Source: a virus. Taken from it: a stretch of 64,000 bases of DNA. Numbering within the stretch: position 1 is the first letter of the stretch; every line of letters starts with the position of its first letter. The stretch is from the IMG/VR virus record IMGVR_UViG_3300027749_000044; one strand, 5' to 3'. The notes beneath the pieces are model-generated. The model did not search any database and had not been told where the DNA came from. It saw only the letters and a list, made by a program, of their open reading frames with translations. Shown here piece by piece: positions 48,860 to 57,416 of this stretch. Position numbers and translations under genes: made by a program.

Positions 48860-50866
48860 ATGAACATTAATGAAGCAAAGAAAAGAGCCGAAAATTCACG
48901 CAGAATGTCAGAAATTCTAGCAAAACTTTCATCGGCTCCAAATAAAAATGCCAAGAAAAGAGCCGCAGCCGAATTGTCTCGCATCGGCATTGAATCAGCA
49001 TTGAAGTTGGCTCCTGTTTCTGAAGCCGAAGAATTGTTCAATGATTTTGATGTTCTTTCTGAAAATGAATTTGCGATGAAGTATTCGGGAGTACTTGGTG
49101 TTCCTATCTATGAAGGATTGGTTGATATTGCCAAAAACCATATGAAGACTCGCGGACAAATCGATGCATTGAAAAGTATTTTGAATGGTGAAAAGAAACC
49201 AAAAGCTCCTAAGACCGAAGTATTTCCTGGGTCAAGTGATCCATACAAACGTGGCATTAAAACCATAAAGACACCTAAACAAGTCGCCAAAGAAGATTAT
49301 GAGTTGGATGAATATTATATCAATACTGACGAAAGCAATCCTCACGACAAACGTAAAGTTACTGTACCTACAACAAAAAGAAAAATTTCTGATATAACAC
49401 CGGACGAAATTAAACGTCATATCTATGGACGCGAAATTAACCATCGTATCGGTGTACACCGGGACACAGAAACTTATATGCATAAAGAAGATTATGAGTT
49501 GAATGAAGGCGCCGGTGATTTGTCTGATGAAGCCCGCGAGTTGACTTTACATGCTGATAATGACCGTCATTTACATATGTCAAGTCATGAGCCTATTATG
49601 ACTAATCTTCGTAAAAAAGTAAAAGAAGGGAAATATGATTCTGCACTTGCGAAAAAGCTTTGGAGATATCATGCTGACCGTGCCGCACAAGATTATGCAA
49701 AAAAGCACGGAAATGGAATTCATTGGTCCAAAATGTTCACGCCAGCGCACCGCGACGAGGCGGCCGCCCATTGGGAAGAAATGCATCGTGGCGAATTGTC
49801 CGAAGCAAAAAATCCATTCACTCAAATGGATGTACCAGGAACAATTGCAAGTAGAGTTAGCACCCGCGTTATTTCTGATCCAAAAGCAAGAAAAAAAGCA
49901 GCAAGAGATGCCAATAAACCACCTAAGGTTGATAAAAAAGGCAAAGTAAAAAATCCAACACCAAACGTATTGAATCCTCCCGCAGTTACGCGCGTAGCGA
50001 GACCAAAAACAAAAGCTCCTGGTGTTGTTAGAGGCATTACTGTTCCCATCAAAAAAATCGCAGGAGAAATGTTGGGTGACGTTGTTGGCGCGATCAAAAA
50101 TAGAAATCAGCCTTATGAAAGATTACAAGAGGAACCAGAAATGACCAAAATGACACCAGACAGTATGTCAAAAAGAAATCTAAATGTCGAACGTGATATT
50201 ATGGAAATTATGTCACAGGATCGCGATGTTCGTATGGAAGCAAAGTTGGCCGAAGCAAAGTTGGCAGGCATTATTTCCGAAAGTTCGCCTACACACGACG
50301 AAAAAACAAAATATGCACATCCTGGATTAAACCACGAACCAGAAGAAGAAGGCGGCCCTGATCTCTCTAAGCCTGCCGCCGGACATGAATATCATAAAAA
50401 GCACGGATTGGTTCACCCAGGACTTCCCATGCATCATGGTGGTTGGAGTAAAAGTACCGGAGTTTATAATACCGGACATCATTTTCTATCTGGCGAACAT
50501 ATTCATGACTGGCATAAGCATTTGATGAATACTTCACCAGATGAACATGAAGCACATTTATCACATCTTTCTGACGTCGGTGCTGGGCGTAAAGGTTGGA
50601 GAGGAGTACATTTGGCAACAGTAAATGCACAAAGTATTCTTGCACATCATTATACAAATTTACTAGTCGACCATAAAAAGCATTTGGCTAATGCCAAGAC
50701 TAAAGAAGAAAAAGACGAAGTACATGCCAGACTGGCCCGCGCACATGATGCGGCCATGCACGGCGGAGTAGATATCACCGGCCATGATGGTGTACACCGT
50801 TACGCACAACATATTTTAAATTCACGCAAAGATGCTGAAAGTATTATAGGAAAAAGTAAAGACTAA
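48860..50866 (+). CDS. large modular His/Lys-rich putative internal polyprotein
   Basis: Late promoter CATAAATA at 48823; start re-called at MNINE; repeated (L/I/V)xE linkers; KEDYEL(D/N)E twice. Confidence 0.7.
   Translation: MNINEAKKRAENSRRMSEILAKLSSAPNKNAKKRAAAELSRIGIESALKLAPVSEAEELFNDFDVLSENEFAMKYSGVLGVPIYEGLVDIAKNHMKTRGQIDALKSILNGEKKPKAPKTEVFPGSSDPYKRGIKTIKTPKQVAKEDYELDEYYINTDESNPHDKRKVTVPTTKRKISDITPDEIKRHIYGREINHRIGVHRDTETYMHKEDYELNEGAGDLSDEARELTLHADNDRHLHMSSHEPIMTNLRKKVKEGKYDSALAKKLWRYHADRAAQDYAKKHGNGIHWSKMFTPAHRDEAAAHWEEMHRGELSEAKNPFTQMDVPGTIASRVSTRVISDPKARKKAARDANKPPKVDKKGKVKNPTPNVLNPPAVTRVARPKTKAPGVVRGITVPIKKIAGEMLGDVVGAIKNRNQPYERLQEEPEMTKMTPDSMSKRNLNVERDIMEIMSQDRDVRMEAKLAEAKLAGIISESSPTHDEKTKYAHPGLNHEPEEEGGPDLSKPAAGHEYHKKHGLVHPGLPMHHGGWSKSTGVYNTGHHFLSGEHIHDWHKHLMNTSPDEHEAHLSHLSDVGAGRKGWRGVHLATVNAQSILAHHYTNLLVDHKKHLANAKTKEEKDEVHARLARAHDAAMHGGVDITGHDGVHRYAQHILNSRKDAESIIGKSKD
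49289..49507 (+). repeat. 24-nt direct repeat (49289-49312 and 49484-49507)
   Basis: AAAGAAGATTATGAGTTG(G/A)ATGAA, 23/24 identical. Confidence 0.9.
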
Positions 50867-51072
50867 TGGTCATCATTGCTGGACAAATGAAACTTCTGAA
50901 TTCAGAAGGTGAACCCACAAAAAAGTTGGAGTCTGAAGTTCAACACAAATTGGTTGTTGACTTCACTCCGACATATATTGTCCAAAATGAAGTAATTAAG
51001 TTGGCAGATTATGTGGAAAAGCCATCCGATTATGTTATGGAAATGACCGCGCTAAATACCACAAAAACATAA
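50866..51072 (+). CDS. hypothetical protein
   Basis: ORF coupled by TAATG overlap. Confidence 0.55.
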   Translation: MVIIAGQMKLLNSEGEPTKKLESEVQHKLVVDFTPTYIVQNEVIKLADYVEKPSDYVMEMTALNTTKT

Positions 51073-51087
51073 TAAAGGAAAAAAGCC

Positions 51088-52023
51088 ATGTCTCTCTGGA
51101 GTAATACTCAAAACCAAAATGCCGCACCAAAATTTACAACTTATACTGTCGACCGAATCGCAAAATATAGGTTGTCCGGTGCAGGAAACGTTGCAACCTC
51201 AACTAGCCCTGCCGACCCTTTGTCTTTCACTACGTATAACAACACTTCTATTGCCGCATTTGGAAATAATATTGCAGTAGGAACATTTGGTGTTTCTGTT
51301 GGCGAAGCCAAAGCAAAAAATGGCAATACTTCAGGTCAAGGGTTAGGGTCTCAAGGAAATGGTGGTCCTGGTGTTTCTCCTGGTTGGGTTAACGTTCGTT
51401 TTGGTACAGGACCTGTTGTTGGTGCAACTGTAGCTACGTCGAACGCAACTGTATATACAACATTGTTTGCAAATGGAGAAACGGCTGTTTTCTCTAATGG
51501 CACGTCAAATGCCATTTTGACGGCCGTAACAAATGCAACCGGCAACTTGGTTTCTCTTGTAGTTACAAATGGTGGTTCCGGATTTGCCAATGTTTCTCAA
51601 GGTGTAATTGCTTTTGCTCGCCAGAAACACTTAGGCACAATTGCCGTTACTTCAAACGCTACTGCCATTGGTTATAATAATACAGACCTTATTATTGCTT
51701 CAAATGGTGTAACAAATGCCGTGGCTACATTGACTACTAATGCGACCGGTGGTATTACAGCAACTACAGTAACCAATCCTGGTCTATTCGGAAATACAGT
51801 CGCAAACTCGACTGTTGTATTCTCTGTAACAAATGCCACCGGTGGAGCCACATCCGGCAACGTTGTTTCTACTGTATTTGCGGCTAACTTGGTTGCTAGT
51901 ACAAATACTGGCGCTCAAATCGCAGTAACTTTAGGTGGTCGTGCAGGAAGAATCCAATATGAAACACTTGCTGTAGTTAAGGCCATGGCCAATAACTCAC
52001 CAAGTACAATTTTCCCAGGATAA
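51088..52023 (+). CDS. Asn/Thr/Gly/Ala-rich virion structural protein (decoration/fibre-like)
   Basis: MSLW start, PGWV, GRAGRIQYETL C-terminus, internal duplicated beta-rich unit; late promoter GCTAAATA at 51051. Confidence 0.7.
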   Translation: MSLWSNTQNQNAAPKFTTYTVDRIAKYRLSGAGNVATSTSPADPLSFTTYNNTSIAAFGNNIAVGTFGVSVGEAKAKNGNTSGQGLGSQGNGGPGVSPGWVNVRFGTGPVVGATVATSNATVYTTLFANGETAVFSNGTSNAILTAVTNATGNLVSLVVTNGGSGFANVSQGVIAFARQKHLGTIAVTSNATAIGYNNTDLIIASNGVTNAVATLTTNATGGITATTVTNPGLFGNTVANSTVVFSVTNATGGATSGNVVSTVFAANLVASTNTGAQIAVTLGGRAGRIQYETLAVVKAMANNSPSTIFPG

Positions 52024-52029
52024 TAATTA

Positions 52030-52266
52030 ATGACCTCTATTGCAAATTTAAATTCTACTTCCAGTTTGACGCAAGACGCGGTCTTTGTTGTTGATAATGC
52101 TCCCAATACTAATCCAAGTACAGTAAAAATTACATTGGCGAGCCTTATCAACAACATTATCCCTGGACCATATGCGAATAATTCCATGATGTTGGCCGCA
52201 AATACAGTACAGATAGGACAACCATTTTATTATTCTAATGGGATGGTTGTAGTAAGACTTTCATAA
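52030..52266 (+). CDS. small structural-type hypothetical protein
   Basis: Asn-rich ORF in the late operon. Confidence 0.55.
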   Translation: MTSIANLNSTSSLTQDAVFVVDNAPNTNPSTVKITLASLINNIIPGPYANNSMMLAANTVQIGQPFYYSNGMVVVRLS

Positions 52267-52658
52267 TGTACGAAAAATTGGATGAAAGTAATTTTTTAAT
52301 TTACGCCGCGAAATATTATGATAATCCACAGTGTTTCGATACTCAAGAATTTATGGAAGATTTGAATAGGTTTAGATACGTCAAAAGATTATTAAAGAAA
52401 TATAAAGAAACGGGCGATTTAAAAGAGAGATTGATTCTCAACCATATTATAATAATTTACAATGTTTTTGGGTTGGTCCCAGCTACTCGAATGTTATTTT
52501 TCAAAATGAATACTATGTATTCTGAGTTGACACCGTTTCTTGAATTTCTTGGATATATGCCAGATCGCATTGATAATATAGGATTAGTTCCAAAAACTGT
52601 ATATAATAAAGATATCGAACAGGATAAATATATATTGGATTGCCTCAAAAAAATATAG
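52266..52658 (+). CDS. conserved T4-like hypothetical protein
   Basis: NF..YA.K.YDNP.C....EF.EDL.RF.Y.KRL, RLILNHII...NVFG. Confidence 0.8.
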   Translation: MYEKLDESNFLIYAAKYYDNPQCFDTQEFMEDLNRFRYVKRLLKKYKETGDLKERLILNHIIIIYNVFGLVPATRMLFFKMNTMYSELTPFLEFLGYMPDRIDNIGLVPKTVYNKDIEQDKYILDCLKKI

Positions 52659-52670
52659 AACGGAATCAAA

Positions 52671-53144
52671 ATGAAATGTTATTCTGAATATATTGCCGAA
52701 AAAAAAGAAACAGAAGTTGACGTAAGCCGAAAACATGTTGGTCCCGCATTGGCGACACACAAAGGTTATACTTATCATATTATTAATACCGTCACAGGAG
52801 CCGATTTTGTCAAAGCGAATCCAAGCGCCCAGATTGGCCGATACCAAGTCATCAAAAGATCCAAAGATGGTCGACATATCTCACGTGGCATTTTTACTAC
52901 ACCAGAAGGTGCCATGCGCCAAATCAGACGGTCGACAGGAAGACCAGCCGTGGTTTCGGAGGATGGCGGAGGAGCCGTTGGAGGTGGGGCCCCTGCTACA
53001 TCTACAGCCGGAGTGTCTGGAACTGGCTCGGACAAAACTGTTCCTGTTTCCGTCAAAGCCCAAAAGAAAATCGTAAAAGCAGCACAAGATCCATCACATA
53101 AACCACTTCGCAATATATCAACGACGGCGATGTTTGGCAAGTAA
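52671..53144 (+). CDS. putative internal head protein with T4-like capsid-targeting sequence
   Basis: MKCYSEYIAE closely resembles the T4 IPIII CTS MKTYQEFIAE; internal VSE site. Confidence 0.65.
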   Translation: MKCYSEYIAEKKETEVDVSRKHVGPALATHKGYTYHIINTVTGADFVKANPSAQIGRYQVIKRSKDGRHISRGIFTTPEGAMRQIRRSTGRPAVVSEDGGGAVGGGAPATSTAGVSGTGSDKTVPVSVKAQKKIVKAAQDPSHKPLRNISTTAMFGK

Positions 53145-53146
53145 TA

Positions 53147-53659
53147 ATGAATCCATTATTTTTTCTTAATGTAATTCCTTTACCTTGGAAAATAGTCGGC
53201 ATATCTTTTATGATTGTCGCTATTTTTTTTGCTGGATATTTTCATGGCAAAAAAATAGAACACATTAATTTTGAAAATTATCAACTTGCTCAAGAAAAAA
53301 AATACGCCGAATTAGAAAAAAAAGTTGGACAAGTATCTGTGGAAACAGTCACAAAATATCTAACTAATACGAGTGTGATTGAAAAAAGGATTCCTATATA
53401 TGTCCAAATTGCCAATAATAATGTTCCTTCTCAGTATGATCTTTCTAATGGTTGGGTGTTCTTACACAACACCGCAGCCACAAATAGTGATCCCGACCCC
53501 ACCCGAAGTTCTGATGCGACCCCCTCGGGAATTAAAGACAATACAGCCCTCGAAACCGTCACAGAAAATTACGGAATCTGCCACGAAAACTCAGAACAAT
53601 TAAAGCAATTACAGGCATGGATAAATACCGTCAGTAAAACAAATAAAGGGCCAAAATAA
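53147..53659 (+). CDS. inner-membrane spanin (Rz-like)
   Basis: N-terminal TM helix, helical periplasmic part, NY..C..N..QL..LQ.W C-terminus; contains an embedded lipoprotein gene. Confidence 0.8.
   Translation: MNPLFFLNVIPLPWKIVGISFMIVAIFFAGYFHGKKIEHINFENYQLAQEKKYAELEKKVGQVSVETVTKYLTNTSVIEKRIPIYVQIANNNVPSQYDLSNGWVFLHNTAATNSDPDPTRSSDATPSGIKDNTALETVTENYGICHENSEQLKQLQAWINTVSKTNKGPK
53400..53603 (+). CDS. outer-membrane spanin (Rz1-like lipoprotein), fully embedded in +1 frame
   Basis: MSKLPIIMFLLSMIFLMVG-C lipobox, then Pro-rich PTPPEVLMRPP.EL. Confidence 0.8.
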   Translation: MSKLPIIMFLLSMIFLMVGCSYTTPQPQIVIPTPPEVLMRPPRELKTIQPSKPSQKITESATKTQNN

Positions 53660-54138
53660 TGACTGCCAATTCTTCAATCGAAGTTAGAGTTTCTTTGCTC
53701 GAAAAAGGGTTCGATGGATTGTCTGCTCTATTGGACAAATTTGACGTAACAAACGAAAAATTATCTGATGTCACATATTCTATAAAACAACTTCTGGCTG
53801 TACACGAAATACAATTACGCAAGCATGACGAAGCCGATGAAGAAATTTATAAGTTAATCGAAGCTCGACGTGATGAAATGATGATGATGAACAACGTACA
53901 GAATCAAAAATTTCAAACTTTGCAAACCGAACTCAATAGAAAAATTGATGATACTGAGCGGGAATTACTCAAAGAACTTAAATCAATTAAAGATGACATG
54001 CAAACTCGACATAAAGAAACCGATACAAGATCCCAGCAACTTGAACGTTGGAAATGGATCGCAGTCGGCGCGATTGGCCTAGCATTTTTCCTGGCATCAA
54101 AATCAAATATTTTTTCATTTTTCACCTCTATGATCTAA
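53659..54138 (+). CDS. coiled-coil protein with C-terminal TM helix (possible lysis role)
   Basis: LAVHE..L, LERWKWIAVGAIGLAFFL; directly after the spanins. Confidence 0.6.
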   Translation: MTANSSIEVRVSLLEKGFDGLSALLDKFDVTNEKLSDVTYSIKQLLAVHEIQLRKHDEADEEIYKLIEARRDEMMMMNNVQNQKFQTLQTELNRKIDDTERELLKELKSIKDDMQTRHKETDTRSQQLERWKWIAVGAIGLAFFLASKSNIFSFFTSMI

Positions 54139-54142
54139 TTTC

Positions 54143-54193
54143 TGGTTGCCAACCGTCGGCCGGCTTGATATAATCAGGTGTTGTTTTGAAATT
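54143..54193 (+). promoter_or_regulatory. sigma70-type promoter and leader for primase
   Basis: TGG-TTGCCA-17 nt-TATAAT-CAGGTGTTGTTTTGAAATT. Confidence 0.8.
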
Positions 54194-54207
54194 GATGGTG
54201 GTAACCG

Positions 54208-55209
54208 ATGTTATGGATTGAATCAAAATATGCCGTGAACCTAAGGTCCCGGCTACAGAAATTTGTTATTAAAACCCAAAATCCTATTTTGATTAATTTC
54301 AGATGTCCTTATTGTGGCGATTCTGAGACAAATAAAAATAAAGCAAGAGGTTATTTGTATACTAGAAAGGACAAGATCAAATATTCTTGTCATAATTGTG
54401 GTATTGCAAAGTCATTCGGGGATTTCTTGAAAGAGACTGATAATCTTTTGTATAAAGAATACATCATGGAAATGTTTGAGAATGGCACAAAAAGAGAAGT
54501 GCCTGCCGTAAATGTTTCTTTTGTAGCTCCTGTATTTAAACGACCTCCTGCATCTATGTCAGGTCTCAAAAAAGTATCACAATTAAATCCTGCGCATCCG
54601 GCCAAAATGTATGTTGTTTCGCGCAAGATTCCAAATTTTTATCACAGTAGATTATATTTTGCTCCTAAATTCAACGCATGGACAAACACATTTATTCCGG
54701 ATAAACTGAAATTGGAATACGAAGAACCAAGATTGGTTATTCCATTTTTCAATAAAGAGGGTGATGTATTTGGTTATTCTGGCCGTAGTTTTAAGCCCGA
54801 TACGAATAAAAGATATATTACTATTATGTTAGATGATGAGGCCTCAAAATTATATGGTTTGGATACTTGCGACCAAACTAAGCTTCATTATGTCACTGAG
54901 GGACCTTTTGATTCTATGTTCTTGGAAAATGCCATGGCCATGGCTGGATCCGATGCAACTTTATCTTTGTTTGACCGCGAACTGACAGTTTTTGTTTATG
55001 ATAATGAGCCTAGATCGAAAGAAATTACCAAAAAGATTCATAAAACGATTGTCAGAGGATATAAGGTTGTTATTTGGCCTAATAATCTTCCATATAAGGA
55101 CATTAACGATATGGTTTTGGCCAACGTTGATATCCTTGATTTGGTCCAAGAAAGAACATTTTCAGGCCTTCAGGCGCGACTCATGTTCGAGGATTGGCAA
55201 AAAATTTAA
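54208..55209 (+). CDS. gp61: DNA primase gp61
   Basis: NFRCPYCGDS...KARG...CHNC zinc finger; TEGPFDS and YDNEPR TOPRIM; KDINDM. Confidence 0.95.
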   Translation: MLWIESKYAVNLRSRLQKFVIKTQNPILINFRCPYCGDSETNKNKARGYLYTRKDKIKYSCHNCGIAKSFGDFLKETDNLLYKEYIMEMFENGTKREVPAVNVSFVAPVFKRPPASMSGLKKVSQLNPAHPAKMYVVSRKIPNFYHSRLYFAPKFNAWTNTFIPDKLKLEYEEPRLVIPFFNKEGDVFGYSGRSFKPDTNKRYITIMLDDEASKLYGLDTCDQTKLHYVTEGPFDSMFLENAMAMAGSDATLSLFDRELTVFVYDNEPRSKEITKKIHKTIVRGYKVVIWPNNLPYKDINDMVLANVDILDLVQERTFSGLQARLMFEDWQKI

Positions 55210-55277
55210 TTTTATGGTTGACATATGGGATCCTTGTGATATGATGAAAATATGATGAAAAACACACGGAAAATACA

Positions 55278-55400
55278 ATGAAAATTAAACCGAATTTTAT
55301 ACGGGGCCTAATTAATGGTGCCTTGCTTTCTTCCCTACTTTGGGGAATTATTTTTGTTATTGTTGTGGTCGTACATACAGTTTTTTGGAAAGGACATTAA
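55278..55400 (+). CDS. small membrane protein (40 aa)
   Basis: Manual translation MKIKPNFIRGLINGALLSSLLWGIIFVIVVVV...; promoter TTGACA-16-TATGAT at 55218. Confidence 0.5.
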   Translation: MKIKPNFIRGLINGALLSSLLWGIIFVIVVVVHTVFWKGH

Positions 55401-55727
55401 ATGTTCAAGTCTATTGGATCTGCTATTATTGTAATTTTTGCATCTCTACTTATCGTTTTTGGACTATCTTTCGTTAGTTATGAATTATATTCTTTTTTCG
55501 CTCCAAAATATAATGAAGTAGATGCGCGAGTATTCAAGCAGTCTGTTCAATACAACGAAGGAATGATTCGTGATCTTGAAAATCTCAAGATCGAATACGC
55601 AAATTCAGATGCAGAAGGTAAGAGAGCACTTAAGCCTATTATTCTACATCGTTTTTCTGTGTATGATCGCAATCGTCTTCCTGCCGATCTTCAACTATTT
55701 TACAATCAAGTTGAAGGAATGAACTGA
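55401..55727 (+). CDS. membrane-anchored hypothetical protein
   Basis: N-terminal TM; FAPK......VF..S..Y..G...DL. Confidence 0.7.
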   Translation: MFKSIGSAIIVIFASLLIVFGLSFVSYELYSFFAPKYNEVDARVFKQSVQYNEGMIRDLENLKIEYANSDAEGKRALKPIILHRFSVYDRNRLPADLQLFYNQVEGMN

Positions 55728-55728
55728 A

Positions 55729-56115
55729 ATGATGAAGGCATTTAAAGCACTCGGCGATATTATTTCTAATGAAAAGAAGCGTCGCGATGTAGAACATCAA
55801 GAATTTTTGGCGTTTCTTCGTGAACTAATCGAAACACTTCCTGCGGAAGCCTGTAGTAGATTTGGAAATTTATCTGTTGTTCTTATTGAAAAAGAACTAA
55901 AGAAAAATTTTGGAATTCAATTAACTGTTGCTGATTATCTCTTTTGGAAAGATAAGTTCGAAAATACCGATCTTCGGTTTGAAGAAACAACAGGCCAAAT
56001 TAAAAGCAGAATGCTAGAAAAATTGACCAATGTCGCAGAAGTTAATAATCTAGGACCTAAAGAACGCAAAGAACTACTTGCAATTCTAATTGAAGCAAAA
56101 AAAGAAACAAAGTAA
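55729..56115 (+). CDS. hypothetical protein
   Basis: 128 aa ORF in operon. Confidence 0.6.
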   Translation: MMKAFKALGDIISNEKKRRDVEHQEFLAFLRELIETLPAEACSRFGNLSVVLIEKELKKNFGIQLTVADYLFWKDKFENTDLRFEETTGQIKSRMLEKLTNVAEVNNLGPKERKELLAILIEAKKETK

Positions 56116-56609
56116 TGAATACTCGTATTTTTGCCCTTCTGGGTATTGCTGCACTCACTCTAACTGCCTGTGATTATACTCCTACATCAGATGATCTACA
56201 GAACCAAAAGCAAGAGCAAGCAAACAAACAAGCTGTCCAAACGGTTGGTATGCCTGCTATTGTAAATTTCCAAGAGAAGAGGATTCTCAAGGACATTTAT
56301 GAATTGCGCGACACTCAGATTCGTACGTACACTTATATTACCGACCTGAATGGTCACCTCCACAAGATGTGTGACAGTATTGGTTATGGTATTCCTGGTG
56401 GTACTCAATATACTAACCCACAAAAGGTCGAATACCACACTTCTGGTGGATATGTTACTACACCCCAAGCCGATCCTAATGGCCTGTATTCTCCTGCATC
56501 CTCAGAAGGTACCTGGGTTCTTTGTAATCAACCAGGAAAGGACAAGACTGTTCCAGTTTATATTGAGCCTAGGGTAATTGTTTCTCCTTTCCCTCTAGGT
56601 ACAAACTAA
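56115..56609 (+). CDS. lipoprotein
   Basis: LTA-C lipobox; C.SIGYGIP..TQYTNP, QADPNGLY. Confidence 0.8.
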   Translation: MNTRIFALLGIAALTLTACDYTPTSDDLQNQKQEQANKQAVQTVGMPAIVNFQEKRILKDIYELRDTQIRTYTYITDLNGHLHKMCDSIGYGIPGGTQYTNPQKVEYHTSGGYVTTPQADPNGLYSPASSEGTWVLCNQPGKDKTVPVYIEPRVIVSPFPLGTN

Positions 56610-56613
56610 TATA

Positions 56614-56979
56614 ATGAAAGTTATTATTGCCGGATCGCGTGAGTTTACGTGTGATTTAATGACTCACATTGTAGATCATGCGGTCCGAAAAAGTAAATTT
56701 GATATTAATGAAGTTGTTTCAGGAACGGCTAAAGGCGTAGATACGGCCGGCGAAACTTGGGCTTTTTTCAAAAATATTAAAATTACAAAATTTCCTGCTG
56801 ATTGGAAAAAACATGGCAAAGCTGCTGGGCCCATTCGTAATGGACTAATGGCCGAATATGCGGATGCTCTAATCGCAATATGGGACGGCCAATCTTCTGG
56901 AACAAAGCATATGATAGAATCTATGAAAAAAATAGGAAAACCTATATACGTCTTAATATTAAAGGAATATTCACTATGA
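56614..56979 (+). CDS. SLOG-family (YspA/DUF2493-like) protein
   Basis: IIAGSR, SG.A.G.D, PADW..HGKAAGPIRN..MA.YAD, WDG.S.GT..MI. Confidence 0.85.
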   Translation: MKVIIAGSREFTCDLMTHIVDHAVRKSKFDINEVVSGTAKGVDTAGETWAFFKNIKITKFPADWKKHGKAAGPIRNGLMAEYADALIAIWDGQSSGTKHMIESMKKIGKPIYVLILKEYSL

Positions 56980-57380
56980 ATACGGATGATTTGTATAATG
57001 AAGGCCCAGTCTATAAACTTGGCCAAAAATTATATTATCTTAAAGATACCTATGATTACAATCACGAACATCAGTTTGTTGAAATTGTAGAATGTGAAGT
57101 AATCGAAGTTGAATTAAAGAGCTATTATATATTTAAACCAGGAAAAAATGAATATCGCGTGGAGCGTTGGTATAAATTGTCTGACCTTAATGGTCACAGA
57201 CACGTAGGACCACAAGCACGCCAAATAACTAAACACGAGTTTCTTACCCTTGAAGAAGCTATTGAAGCACGAACTAAAAAGCTGCTTGCTATTCACGAAG
57301 AAGCCAAAAATGAATATGCAAGAACCGAAGCGGCATTACAATCAATAGAAAGAAAGTTATTTGAATATGGGATCAGTTAA
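56976..57380 (+). CDS. hypothetical protein
   Basis: Start re-called at MNTDDLY. Confidence 0.6.
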   Translation: MNTDDLYNEGPVYKLGQKLYYLKDTYDYNHEHQFVEIVECEVIEVELKSYYIFKPGKNEYRVERWYKLSDLNGHRHVGPQARQITKHEFLTLEEAIEARTKKLLAIHEEAKNEYARTEAALQSIERKLFEYGIS

Positions 57381-57416
57381 TTGCTAAATACATGGTAGTC
57401 TAATGGAGACCAATGT

